Below the pieces are notes generated by a model. It was given only the letters and a program-made list of their open reading frames with translations. It did not search any database and was not told the DNA's origin. The position numbers and the translations under genes were made by a program. Positions 32,481 through 43,315 of a DNA stretch of 64,000 bases are shown here, in pieces. The stretch's first letter is position 1, and each line of letters begins with the position of its first letter. This stretch comes from an uncultured Hormoscilla sp. (GTDB lineage Bacteria; Cyanobacteriota; Cyanobacteriia; Cyanobacteriales; Desertifilaceae), in contig OZ001293.3 of the NCBI GenBank assembly GCA_963921275.4, forward strand, positions 2,752,001 to 2,816,000, given 5' to 3'.

Positions 32481-34802
32481 TCACAATTCTCCATTCACTA
32501 ATTGTGCTTTAATTGTGGAGATGCTTACTTTACAGAAATACTGGCGGCGAAATTGTTCTTCTTCGACAGCAGCTAAAAAGTTTTTGAGGGCAACTGATGA
32601 TTTGATCGCTTCTTCAACGGGATGCCAGGCGATCTGCAAACTGGCGGCGTCTAGAGGAATAATAGTAAAACCCAGATCCTTGAGGGCTTCCAGTCCCAAA
32701 TTGACCGCAGCAGACACTAGTCCCAGCTTTGCTTGCAGTTGTTGGCGGTTGGCGGTTTTACCCGTGCGACTCAGGTATTTCGCAATGCCTAGCAGTTGTT
32801 GCCAGACCTCCTGGGGCGCGATCGCCTGTGGTTCCGGGTAGGCGATCGCCACTGGTTGTTGCCGTTCTCGGGCCGCTCGCAAGTACAAGTTTAAATCATC
32901 CCAGCTTGACGGACATTCTGTCAATATAATTAGGGATTGATTCTCTTGGCTTATATTATCTTTCCCCCCCCGCCAGTCTAATATCGACATCTGCGGAATC
33001 TTCATTCTCGATTCCGTGCTGGGGCGCACTGCCATCAGCCGCACTTCATAATGTTTATGATAAGGATTGTAATCTAATTCCACGATCGCATCGCATCGCC
33101 TTGAGGGAATCTCCTCCTTATAGTGACCCCACCAGACTCCATTAAAGCTTCTTTCTGTAGAATCATCTCCTATTCTAAATTCGGTCTTGATGTAGCGGAC
33201 TTTCTTTCCTTTAAAATCTATAATATTTTTATTCCAGGGATTGGCAAACCAGCAGTTTTCAATCAACAGCTTGGGGACGGGGTTTCCCATACCACAAGGT
33301 TCTAGCAGTTTCAGTTGGCGAAACAAATCTTTTCCTAATTCTGCTACTGTCACCACTAGGTCAGCCGGCCATGTTGGTGTTGCTTTCACTGCTGTATCCA
33401 TACTCCGCAATTGCTGATTTATTGCTTCGGTAAATAGGGGGATATTCTCAACTGGTAAACTCAGACCCGCAGCGAAGGGATGACCCCCAAATCTATCTAA
33501 TAGCTGTGCTTGGGATTTTACCAGTTGGTAAAGGTCAATTCCGGCGACAGATCGGGCAGAACCTCTGGCTATAGATTGATTTTCATTGACTTCGGTACTG
33601 AGTAAAATAATGGGGCGATCGCAGATTTGGGCGACTTCAGCAGCTACTAAACCGAGAACCCCTACATGCCATTGAGGGTCGTCAAGCACTATAATCTCAG
33701 TCGTAGATAAATCTAACTGGGATAGTTTTTCTGGGACATCTGCGGCGACATCTTTCTGCAAAGCTTTGCGACGAGTATTAGCCAATTCTGCCGCTTCTGC
33801 TAATTCCAGGCAGCGGTTGAGATCGCGACTGGTGAGTAATTCAACGCAAAAGGAAGCGTCGCCGTGAATGCGACTGACAGCGTTGATGCGCGGACCCAGT
33901 CCAAAAGAAATATCTGTGGGGCGATCGCCATTTCTCTGGCATAGTTCCAGCATTCGCCCCACCCCAGGACGCCTGCGAGACTGGGGTGCTTTCTGAAAAT
34001 CTGCTTGCAATTGTTTAATCCCCACCTGCGCCAAATAACGGCAATCTCCACTTAACTGCACTAAATCGGAAATTAGACCGATCGCCACTAAATCCAATAA
34101 ATCTTCTAGGGGCTGTTGCGGCACATCTGGCATTGCTCGATAGAGGGCTTCTATTAGTTTATAAGCAACTGCCACCCCCGAAAGGTGAAACAACGGATGT
34201 TCTGCGGGCAGATAGCGGGGGTTAATAATCGCCGTTACCGGAGGACGTTCGGCCAGCAGCACGTGGTGATCTGTGATAATCAGATCTATTCCCATCTGTC
34301 TAGTATACTCTATTTCTGCTAAGTTGGTGCTGCCCGTATCGCAGGTAACAATTAGTTTAGTGCCCTCGTGGGCGATCGCCTCTATTCCCTGGCAGTTTAA
34401 GCCGTGGGATTCTGTGAGGCGATCGGGAATATAGTATGATAGTCGATCGCGGGGGAAAAACTGCCCCAACCCATCCCAAAGCACGGCAGTGGAGGTGACT
34501 CCATCGGCGTCAAAATCTCCCCAAATGGTCACAATTTCCCCAGCAACCCTAGCTTGCTGCAATCTTTTTACCGCCCAGTCCATTTCGGCACCGAACTCCC
34601 AGGGACTCGCTGGTTGATACAGATTCGGATCTAAAAATCCTGCTAGCTTTTCCAGGTCTTGGATCCCCCGACTCCATAGCAGTTGGGCCGCCTGATCGAC
34701 CTTGGGGAGGTTGGGTGCGTGGCCTTGCACCGCTTGCACGAACCAGTCAGGAGGGTTTGATGATGAAATTAACCACGGGATATTTTTATTTTGATCGGAC
34801 AT
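32481..34802 (-). CDS. recJ: Single-stranded DNA exonuclease RecJ
   Basis: GDFDADG, TCDTG, TDHH, GSARS, FGGHPFAAG. Confidence 0.93.
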   Translation of the reverse strand: MSDQNKNIPWLISSSNPPDWFVQAVQGHAPNLPKVDQAAQLLWSRGIQDLEKLAGFLDPNLYQPASPWEFGAEMDWAVKRLQQARVAGEIVTIWGDFDADGVTSTAVLWDGLGQFFPRDRLSYYIPDRLTESHGLNCQGIEAIAHEGTKLIVTCDTGSTNLAEIEYTRQMGIDLIITDHHVLLAERPPVTAIINPRYLPAEHPLFHLSGVAVAYKLIEALYRAMPDVPQQPLEDLLDLVAIGLISDLVQLSGDCRYLAQVGIKQLQADFQKAPQSRRRPGVGRMLELCQRNGDRPTDISFGLGPRINAVSRIHGDASFCVELLTSRDLNRCLELAEAAELANTRRKALQKDVAADVPEKLSQLDLSTTEIIVLDDPQWHVGVLGLVAAEVAQICDRPIILLSTEVNENQSIARGSARSVAGIDLYQLVKSQAQLLDRFGGHPFAAGLSLPVENIPLFTEAINQQLRSMDTAVKATPTWPADLVVTVAELGKDLFRQLKLLEPCGMGNPVPKLLIENCWFANPWNKNIIDFKGKKVRYIKTEFRIGDDSTERSFNGVWWGHYKEEIPSRRCDAIVELDYNPYHKHYEVRLMAVRPSTESRMKIPQMSILDWRGGKDNISQENQSLIILTECPSSWDDLNLYLRAARERQQPVAIAYPEPQAIAPQEVWQQLLGIAKYLSRTGKTANRQQLQAKLGLVSAAVNLGLEALKDLGFTIIPLDAASLQIAWHPVEEAIKSSVALKNFLAAVEEEQFRRQYFCKVSISTIKAQLVNGEL

Positions 34803-35001
34803 TTCTAGTATAACTCAACTGTATATTTATGCTAGCATAGGAAGGTGATGTAGCTGACGATCTTTTTTATGGTGACGAGCTGACTGTATTGGCGATCGCA
34901 CCCTGAGTGAATTAAGAAACCCGGTTTCTGGGTTCCAGCCCGTGACACTGCATCAAGATTAGGATATGATATATAGAGTTCAGGGAGGTAACATACCCCA
35001 T

Positions 35002-35193
35002 ATGGCAGAAACAACTGTAAAATATAGAGTCCTGAAGGCGATGGAGTCGATGCCGCAATCTGTTACATTTGACGATGTGATGGATCGGGTTTCCTTCCTG
35101 TACAAAGTTGACCGAGGGCTCAAACAAGTTGAAGCTAGCGATACTATATCCCATGAAGAAGCTAAAAAGCAAATTAAGACATGGCACGGATAA
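35002..35193 (+). CDS. Small orphan antitoxin-like protein
   Basis: KVDRGLKQVE...ISHEEAKK pattern; overlapping ATGGCACGG start of a missing partner. Confidence 0.5.
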   Translation: MAETTVKYRVLKAMESMPQSVTFDDVMDRVSFLYKVDRGLKQVEASDTISHEEAKKQIKTWHG

Positions 35194-35332
35194 AGCTGTA
35201 TGTACTCTTTTGCCCAGAAACCAGGTTTTTACTCCAGATATTTTGCTCGGACATTTCTAGTATAACTGAACTGTATCTTTATGCTAGCATATAAAAGTGA
35301 GCACGCGAACAAGAATTTATCGGAATCGTTCC

Positions 35333-36118
35333 ATGACGGAAAATATTGAATATCGTTACCTAGCAGCTTGCGCGATTGCCCGGGAGGCAGGCAAGCTTGC
35401 CCTAAGCTATTTCCAAGATGTCAGCCAATTGACGGTTGAAGTCAAGAAAGTACAGGATCTGGCTAGCATTGCCGATCGGGAAGTAGAAGAGTCGATCGTC
35501 ACTAGGCTAGCAGCAAGTTTCCCCTTCGATGGATTTTTGGCAGAGGAGCGGGGCGGTGCTGTGTCCCCCGACAGCGCTTTCTGGGTAATTGACCCGATCG
35601 ACGGTACTTCTAATTTTATCCGGGGCATCCCTTTCTTTTGCGTGGCGATCGCCTATATGCTAGCAGGGGAGATTGAAATTGGCATCATCTACGACCCGGT
35701 GGCGGACGAACTCTTCGCAGCACGTCGGGGTTTAGGTGCCACCCGCAACGGCAAGACAATTCAGGTGACTGACTGTAATGATATTACCAAAGCTATGGTG
35801 ACTTTTGATTTTAATTATCGTACTACTATAGAGCGTTTCCTTGCCAGTACCGAGCAATTGCTCTCAGCACAGTGCGATACCCGTCGCCTCGGATCCGGGG
35901 CCCTCGCGATCGCGCATGTAACCGACGGTCGCAGCGACGCCTATTGGAACTTCCACCATTATCCTTGGGACGCGATCGCTAGCCTAGTGATCGCGCGGGA
36001 AGCTGGGGGTTGGACCAGTAATTTTCTAGCTGGGGAGGGGCTAACTAAGGGCAATGAAGTCCTCGTTTGCACCCCAGGGATTAAAGATGTTATGATTGCT
36101 GCTACTGGCATTAGTTAA
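35333..36118 (+). CDS. Inositol monophosphatase family protein
   Basis: WVIDPIDGTSNF, WDAIA motifs. Confidence 0.92.
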   Translation: MTENIEYRYLAACAIAREAGKLALSYFQDVSQLTVEVKKVQDLASIADREVEESIVTRLAASFPFDGFLAEERGGAVSPDSAFWVIDPIDGTSNFIRGIPFFCVAIAYMLAGEIEIGIIYDPVADELFAARRGLGATRNGKTIQVTDCNDITKAMVTFDFNYRTTIERFLASTEQLLSAQCDTRRLGSGALAIAHVTDGRSDAYWNFHHYPWDAIASLVIAREAGGWTSNFLAGEGLTKGNEVLVCTPGIKDVMIAATGIS

Positions 36119-36134
36119 AATCTCTTGACCTCCC

Positions 36135-36329
36135 ATGTTTGAGCTGACATTCACCGCCAGCGCACTCGACGATCTGCACTACTTCAAGAAGTCAGAGCAG
36201 AACCTCGTTCTCGATAGCGTAGAACAGCAACTGATTCGGGAACCATTGACGGTGACACGAAACAGAAAATACCTCCGATCGAGATTACTTAGTGCAAGGA
36301 AACTACAAATTGAAGTATTTGAGATATGA
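36135..36329 (+). pseudogene. Truncated RelE/ParE-like toxin
   Basis: FTASALDDL N-terminus; similarity ends at the 36292 repeat. Confidence 0.55.
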
Positions 36330-36553
36330 TTGGTCCCTGAATAAGCAGTAAATTATTCCTCATTCCCAGGCAGGTTCGTAGTTCGTAGGGGTGCAGTGAT
36401 TTGCAAAAATTTTAAAGTTGTAGGTTGGCGGTATGAAACCCAACCAATACTGCCCGCCGCCATTGCTGCACCAGTTTTTCAACACAAACAGGTAACATTA
36501 AAATCTGAGTTGTGCTATAATGAAATAAGTTGTTAAGATCGTACCCGAGGACC

Positions 36554-36870
36554 ATGAGTAATAACCAGAGTAGCAATGACAGACTCGATCGCATCGAGGC
36601 AGCATTGGAAAATTTGATGAGTGTAGTCGCCGACCTCCAGAAAGAATAGCAATGCAGCAACAATGTATAGAAATGCAGCAACAATGTATAGAAATGCAGC
36701 AAGAACGTTTGGAAATGCAGCAAGAACATCTGCAATTAGTGCGAATTGTTTCCCAGCAGCAAAGTCACATTGTGGGAATGCAAGCTGAAATCAAAGGACT
36801 GCAAACAGAAAGCAATCGTATTCAAGAATATCTGTTTGGTCAGCAACAACAAAATAATCAAGATGATTAA
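36554..36870 (+). pseudogene. Small coiled-coil protein, broken near 36648
   Basis: DRLDRIE start, 21-nt internal repeats, continuation in another frame. Confidence 0.55.
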
Positions 36871-37232
36871 TTATTCATTGCGATCTAGTAAGGTGGACAA
36901 TGCCCACCCTACAGAGAATCTAACTGGTAGTGATCGCGATCGGGCAGTATTAAATTTTATCAGTCAGTACCTGGATGAAGTTGACTGAGAGTATCTCGTG
37001 CAAAGAAACTACAAATTGAAGTATTTGAGATATGATTGGTCCCTGAATAAGCAGTAAATTATCCCTCATTTTCAGGCAGGTTCTATCGTTCCCTGGCTCC
37101 GTCTGGGAACGCACAGCTGAGGCTCTGCCTCCGGTCTCTCATGCTCTCGTTCACTGGAGGCAGAGCCTCAAAACGTCCGTTCCCAGCCATAGACTGGGAA
37201 CGAGTATACAAAGGATCTAACGAGAGAATGGT

Positions 37233-37943
37233 TCATTCACTCCAGGACTGAAGATAATCCAAAGCCGCTTCGATGCTCTCAAATTTATGATGCAAAATTT
37301 CTCCCTGTTGCCGGAAAATATCCACCACTACACCGACCACTGGGTTTAATTCCACGTCAGCGATCGCATTTTCCACCATAGTTTGTAATTGTATTGCTAC
37401 AGGTTCGAGAATTTGTTTCCCTAGTTTTATACGTTGTTGTTCGCTCAAATTTTGATAAGTTTCGAGGGCGGATACTGCATAATTAGCCGCCTCGCGGTCC
37501 GGCCACAAAATCTCAATGCCATAATTGCGAAAAACGGAAACGATATGTGCTTGTGGGACAAACAAAAGATTAGCACCACTCGATTCAACCATTCGCAAAG
37601 GTTCTGGCGTAAAATCACCTGCTAACACTACAATAGAAGCACGCAGAGTTGGATGCGATCGTTTTAGATCGGGATGTTCTCGGACAGGCTTTGAGGCTTT
37701 TTCGGTGGCATGTTTCGCTTTCTGGATAATTTTGCTTTCAATAATAGCGTAAGGTTTTTCCTGGCTATCTACGATTAAGCCATCATGTTGGCAAAGTTTA
37801 CCATTAAAATCGGCCAGTTTTCCTTTGGGAATAAAATTAAAGTCGGTTCCGTACAAACAAGCTTGCACAACCAGATGAATTTCATCTTCTAGAAGTTTAC
37901 CCAGCTTTTGTCCGAAAGCCCGACCGGCACCACTTGGGTTCAT
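37233..37943 (-). CDS. Putative PD-(D/E)XK restriction endonuclease
   Basis: HDG...IIESK motif; directly downstream of the MTase. Confidence 0.6.
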   Translation of the reverse strand: MNPSGAGRAFGQKLGKLLEDEIHLVVQACLYGTDFNFIPKGKLADFNGKLCQHDGLIVDSQEKPYAIIESKIIQKAKHATEKASKPVREHPDLKRSHPTLRASIVVLAGDFTPEPLRMVESSGANLLFVPQAHIVSVFRNYGIEILWPDREAANYAVSALETYQNLSEQQRIKLGKQILEPVAIQLQTMVENAIADVELNPVVGVVVDIFRQQGEILHHKFESIEAALDYLQSWSE

Positions 37944-37984
37944 CGCGTTTCCTCTGTTATCTGGATCTAAATTTTGACATCATA

Positions 37985-39283
37985 TTACCCCTCCACCCAG
38001 AGGCGTCCTTCATGCAGGGGAACCGAATGCTTGCGGTTGCGCCATTTATTATTGCGATCGCGCGTCTTCTGAAACCGAAAAGACCGAAAACCCGCCGCCA
38101 AAGCCAGTTGTCCCAGCCACCGGTCCACGGGCAGGTAAACCCCATAAGGTGCAGAGTCACCCACCATAAAGCAGATCCGGCAAGGACTGGCGGTGACCCG
38201 CCGCAGGGCATGCCAAACCTTGGCTAAATCGCTAAAATAAGCGACCACCATCAGATGATAAGGCTTCTTTCCCCCGTGGTGCCCCCTTTCTGCCGCCAAC
38301 TGTTCGCAAATTGGCACAATTTCATCGAGTAACGGCGCGAGATTAGGGTCAGCTAGAAACAATTCTAACTGTTCTCGATCGGCTGCCACATGCTGAGTAC
38401 AAGACCGAATCAAATATTTTCTGACGGTTTGCTGAAGGTCTTTCCAACGCTCTACTTCCCCCCAAAACGTCATTTCCAGACGGGTGGCATCTGCATAATC
38501 ATAATTATTGGTATAAGGGGGCGAAGTGAGGACTAAATTCGCCCAACCATTGGGGATAGACTGACAAACTCTGGCATCTTCAAGATATTGCCGTGCAGTT
38601 ACACTTGTTTGTGCCTGAGTTTGCCGCATATCTGCGACCATATTCTGAATTTGTTTTTCATAAGCAGTCAAAGGCGTTAAGGATTTGGCTTTTCTTTTAT
38701 TGGGAAGCACGTATTGCCATGGGGCGGTTCCCACTGGCGAACAGATCCGCAGAATTGCCGTAATTGCTAACCAGTGCAGTTCGGATATTGGACTGGCGTC
38801 AGCAAGATGCTGCCACCCTTGCTTCAAAGCATCCAATTCCACCAAGACTTCTGTGGGATAACACTTTTGAATTAGAGACGGATAGTTAGATGTAGATCCG
38901 GGGAACTGTTTGGCAAGAACCTGTATTTCTTGCGCTGTTTCCATAAATTGCGGCACGGACTCCGAGTAAGCCAGCTTGGCCCGCGCAATTCTGGCCACAA
39001 ACGGGTGTGCTTCTACTCCCAAGGTGGCAACTCCACAGCCTTCCCCGGCAATTAAAGTAGTGCCTGCACCGGCGAAGGGATCGAGTAACTTCACCTCACC
39101 TTGTTGCAAGGCCATTTTAATTTCTTGTTCGACCCATTGTGCTGAGAAACCCGCTGAGTAGCGAAACCATCTGTGAACTGGTAAACTCATATTATCTACA
39201 AAGGAAGAACTCCGCTCGTGGATAGCTGGAGAAGACTGTTCTGGCACCAGGTCTGGGAACAGCGATAATTGTTGACCTTGCAT
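37985..39283 (-). CDS. Amino-DNA methyltransferase, probably m4C
   Basis: DPFAGAGTT followed by TSPPY. Confidence 0.9.
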   Translation of the reverse strand: MQGQQLSLFPDLVPEQSSPAIHERSSSFVDNMSLPVHRWFRYSAGFSAQWVEQEIKMALQQGEVKLLDPFAGAGTTLIAGEGCGVATLGVEAHPFVARIARAKLAYSESVPQFMETAQEIQVLAKQFPGSTSNYPSLIQKCYPTEVLVELDALKQGWQHLADASPISELHWLAITAILRICSPVGTAPWQYVLPNKRKAKSLTPLTAYEKQIQNMVADMRQTQAQTSVTARQYLEDARVCQSIPNGWANLVLTSPPYTNNYDYADATRLEMTFWGEVERWKDLQQTVRKYLIRSCTQHVAADREQLELFLADPNLAPLLDEIVPICEQLAAERGHHGGKKPYHLMVVAYFSDLAKVWHALRRVTASPCRICFMVGDSAPYGVYLPVDRWLGQLALAAGFRSFRFQKTRDRNNKWRNRKHSVPLHEGRLWVEG

Positions 39284-39306
39284 TTATACGATCCTCTTTA
39301 GATGTT

Positions 39307-40233
39307 GGTCGGGATCGAGCTGGGAATCACTCCCCAACCCTCCAAGAGCGAAACCTGAAGAGCGACTGGAACCGCACACGGCTACTGGTTGGTAAGCTGT
39401 TGTCATCAGTAGGATTACTGGGGGTTACCCCCGTTGTCCCTTACCCTTTGAAATTTTACCCCTTATGGTCAATCCTATTGGACCGTTTAAGTACTGAGCT
39501 GCGGAAGGTTCGCGGAGGATAGTTCAGCAAACCATACTCGCCGCTCTTTACTAACATCTTCCCCATTCTGCTTTCCGCTTTTCGTAAGGGCTCTGAACTT
39601 TACCTGGCTAAGATTTGAATCCAAAATTCGTACTTTCGGAATTTCTCCCTAGTTCTGTGACATTAAGGTTACTTTTCCCAAGGGTGTCTTACCATATCCG
39701 TCCTACGTCTGCATATCCACAGGCATTACCCTGGGCGTTAGCTTCTTAGGACATCCTTCTTCTTCGTGGCTTGCGCTTTACATCTAACTTGTCCAAATGG
39801 GGACAGCTCACGAGAGGTTACTTCGTTCCCTAGTATCATTTCACGATGCTTTTAGGTTCCTACTATACCCCGGGAGTTCTTTGAGTACGTTATTAGCCAG
39901 AGGCAAGAGCTAATACTAACTACCATTTCCCTTTTTGGGCAAGCGCATAAGCCTTCTTCCGCTGGTTCTGGTTAACGAGGTTTACATAGGTTCGCTTGTT
40001 CTAACCATTAGCATCTTTCCTAGCGGCGTCACCGGCTTAGGCTGCCAGTTATCCTACATTTAAGTCCTCGGGAGGCACCACGGCGATGTGGCTCCGTAGC
40101 ACCTCCGACCGGTAGTACCCTCGACCCCCGTACCTGGGGAAAGGGAATTTAACCCCCATGATAACCAGAGTTATCTGGCTGATAGAGCCAGACCCGACTT
40201 TCACCTACTGGCTTATGCCGGAACGAATCGCAC
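39307..40233 (-). mobile_element. ORF-less group II intron, copy C (927 nt)
   Basis: Reverse complement of copy A; one difference spotted, in DVI. Confidence 0.9.
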
Positions 40234-40303
40234 TACCACATACCAGTCATCGGCTTCAACAGTCTAACTCTGCTTCTGGCAGAATGATAAGTTCTTCAAC
40301 CAT
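40234..40303 (-). pseudogene. ParE-like toxin 5' relic
   Basis: MVEELIILPEAELD, frameshift, VEADDWY; overlaps the antitoxin stop. Confidence 0.5.
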
Positions 40304-40517
40304 TGCGATGACGGACGTAGTGCTTGACTTCTTCCCAAGAACGACCAGCGCTCGGATCTCTTAAGTAGTTAGCTTTGCGTCTAGCTAACTCTTCTTTTTG
40401 CCAATCCGTTACAGGAACTTGTTCTGGGGTTGCAGCAATATTGTCCCACAAGTCCTCAACTAATTGCAATTTCTCTGTAATTGGCAACTCTAACAGCTCT
40501 GCGAATTGTGCATTCAT
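40296..40517 (-). CDS. Addiction-module antitoxin
   Basis: EKLQLVEDLWDNI, WQKEELARR, SWEEVK. Confidence 0.85.
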   Translation of the reverse strand: MNAQFAELLELPITEKLQLVEDLWDNIAATPEQVPVTDWQKEELARRKANYLRDPSAGRSWEEVKHYVRHRNG

Positions 40518-41052
40518 GATTGCTACCTTTGCTAGTACGCTAGTCGCTTTCCTTTGATTGTAACGCATCTACCGCTTTTCCCGATCGCCTAGCGCGGCCC
40601 GATGCGATCGCCCTACCAGCGCCCGATCGCCTGTAAACCCTGGGGACGCCTATAGGGAACGCACAACCGTGAGGCGAAGCGGACGGTCATCAGGCGATCG
40701 CGCTACCGGTCCCGAGTTCCCTGGCTCTGCCTCCGGTCACAAGCAGAGACACCACCGGTACAGATCCAGAGACCGGTCCCGAGAGTTGGGACTGAGACTG
40801 AGAAGGAGAACGAGAGTTGGGTCAGAGAATGAGAACGAGAGTAACGAGAATTAATTTTTCTTTACAAAATTTTACGCGATCGGGAGATATTCTGGTATTC
40901 CTTTCGGCTAGGCTTTAGAAGTTAGTCATACCGCCCCTGGCCCCCGAAGATGCGGGGAGAACTATATTCAAAGGAGATTAAATATATGCCAGACAACAAT
41001 ACTCTGCTCACGGCTGAGAATATTGGTATCCTGAGCGGTACTCGAACTTTTA

Positions 41053-42385
41053 GGAATGAGGATTTAATAATTTGTCAAAATTACGTCGGTTGTGGCTTGG
41101 CTGTATAGTTCCATTGTGGGAGAATCTTGTCAAATATAATTTGCATATTTTCCTGAAAATTTGAGCTAACTTTTACTCCTGTTTGATAAATCTTATCGAT
41201 TACGGTTGTAAACACCTTTAATCCTGTCTTTGTTGTCGTTGTGGCTATCAAATTCTTGACCGTTTCCACCTTATCGAATATTACCCCTTGACATGTCCGA
41301 CTTATATGAGGAAACAGGCGATGTTCAATGGGATTATACTTAGAGGTATAGGGAGGATAATGTGCTACCCGAATTTCAATGCCTAGCTTGTTGCTAAGAT
41401 TTTGCAGATTTTCCTTAAACAGGTAAGAGCGGGAGCTGTTACTACCACCGCCATCACATAACAACAAAATTGAGGTTGCCAATGGATAGAGTATAGAGCC
41501 GTAGGTTCTCCACCAATAGCTAATTGAATCACAGGCCAATGCACTCGTGTCGTGAGATGTACCAATCTGTACATAGCCCAAGTTGTAGTTGAGATCATAT
41601 AAACCATGGGTAATGATCTTACCTTGGGCGAGATATGGCCAGTCATGGGTCATAAACCTTGATTCTCTCTTGGGTTAAGCAGAGCCCATCACGATACAGT
41701 TGACCTATAAACTCTTTTTTTTTGGTATCCATACTTATCACCGGATTTCCAGCATTTTGATAGCTCTCCACAAGAGAGTCTATATTTTCAAATTGCTCCT
41801 TGGGATCTTTATGCTCCCCAGTGGCTTTGGTATTGAAGTCCTTACGACGACGAAAGTTGTATTTTTATAGTAATTGATCTACTACCGTGACACTGACTGA
41901 AATCCCAGCATCAAGTAACAACTTGTCTGGGATTTGCTGGCGAGTTAGATGCGTCCATTTTATAGATTCATCCATCGGTGAACCTGCTGTATGGCTCTCT
42001 ATAACACGCAAAAATGCAACGTATCCCTCTATTTGATCGAGGGCCCTTTTTCGTCCACCTCCAGGCTGACGGATGCGCTCATCACTCATAGCCTGCTCAG
42101 AAGTTAGTTTTTCCATCCCTCGCCGAATAGTGTGAGCATGACAACCCAGCACTGAGCAGATGTAGCTGATACCGCCGTGACCCAGCTTGAGCGCTTCGAG
42201 CGCTGCATAGCGCCGGCGGTCTTTCTCAGACAATGACCTATAGTATCTTTCCATCTTCTGCTCGTTCGCAATCTTTTTCGGGTAGGTCTGCATGAGTCTA
42301 GGTAAATGAATCCTATGGGTTGACGGGACTCAAATAATTATAGGACCCTTTGGCTTAATTTGACAAATTATTAAATTCTCATTCC
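41053..42385 (-). mobile_element. ISAzo13-family element with frameshifted transposase
   Basis: TIR GGAATGAG(G/A)ATTTAATAATTTGTCAAA, TTA duplication; CDGGGSN, HYPPYTSKYNPIEHRLF. Confidence 0.92.
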
Positions 42386-42404
42386 TTAGCGAGTTTGTGG
42401 GTAC

Positions 42405-43315
42405 TAGATATCTCCAAAATAGAAATTTATGCTATAATAAGATTTGAAAATTTAATTTTGTGACGAGTATTACCTGGACATATTTGCAAGCCAAGCCTAA
42501 AGAAGCAAAACGGCTCATCGGTATCAGCTATGAAAACTTAATACAACTTATTGCAATTGCTGTTGGATAAAAATCATAAAGAAAAGGTGGAAGAACACAA
42601 AACTAGATTGATACGTAGTGGGGGCGAAACCTAAATTATTAGTAGAAGAGCAAATAAACTTTGATGTGTCAAGGATTAACATTCCAAGTATTAGGTATAC
42701 TTTTTGGGTGAAAGCTAATGAGATTTTTAATTATTGGCAAGATATTTTGCCGTTTACTTGAACAAAAAAAATGGAGAAGATGAATAATATTTATCCAAAC
42801 ACAGAATATGAGTTGATAGTCGATAGCGCAAGCCATACCAAGACCTAAAGACTATGAAGAGCAGAAAAAGTTTTACTCAGGTAAGAAGAAATACTTTGAA
42901 AAATCAATTAATTGTTTTACCTGGTAGCGTGCAGATCTTGTCGATGTTGTATCTGGAGAAAGAGGCCCAGCAAGCGATATAAATCTTGCGAGCGTCAAGA
43001 AGTTTTCGATCCAGATCAAATTTTTGCAGGGGATAAAGCCTATATTGGAGAACCTCAAATAAAACAACCGAAAAAACAGGAATTAATAGCTAAACAAAAA
43101 GAAGAAAATAGAGATTTTTATTCCCGTTTTCGTTGAATACGTCATTGGTAAAAATTTTCCGGGTTGCCAGCGAGCGATTTTGGTTAAATATTGATAAATA
43201 TGAATCGGTAATTTCGACAAAAGTTGGGTTGGTTAGATTGCGCGAATTTTAGAAGTATTAGAATCTGTTGATAGCTCTGAAAAACTTGAGATTAACCAGT
43301 ACCACCTTTGGAGCT
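42405..43315 (+). mobile_element. IS5-like (DDE) element, degraded, right end missing
   Basis: Left end TAGATATCTCCAAAA; YSGKKK and GDKAYIG motifs. Confidence 0.75.

Noticed and set aside
40560..40852. GA-rich low-complexity stretch
   Set aside because: Possibly a gene relic, but I could not assign any family or structure
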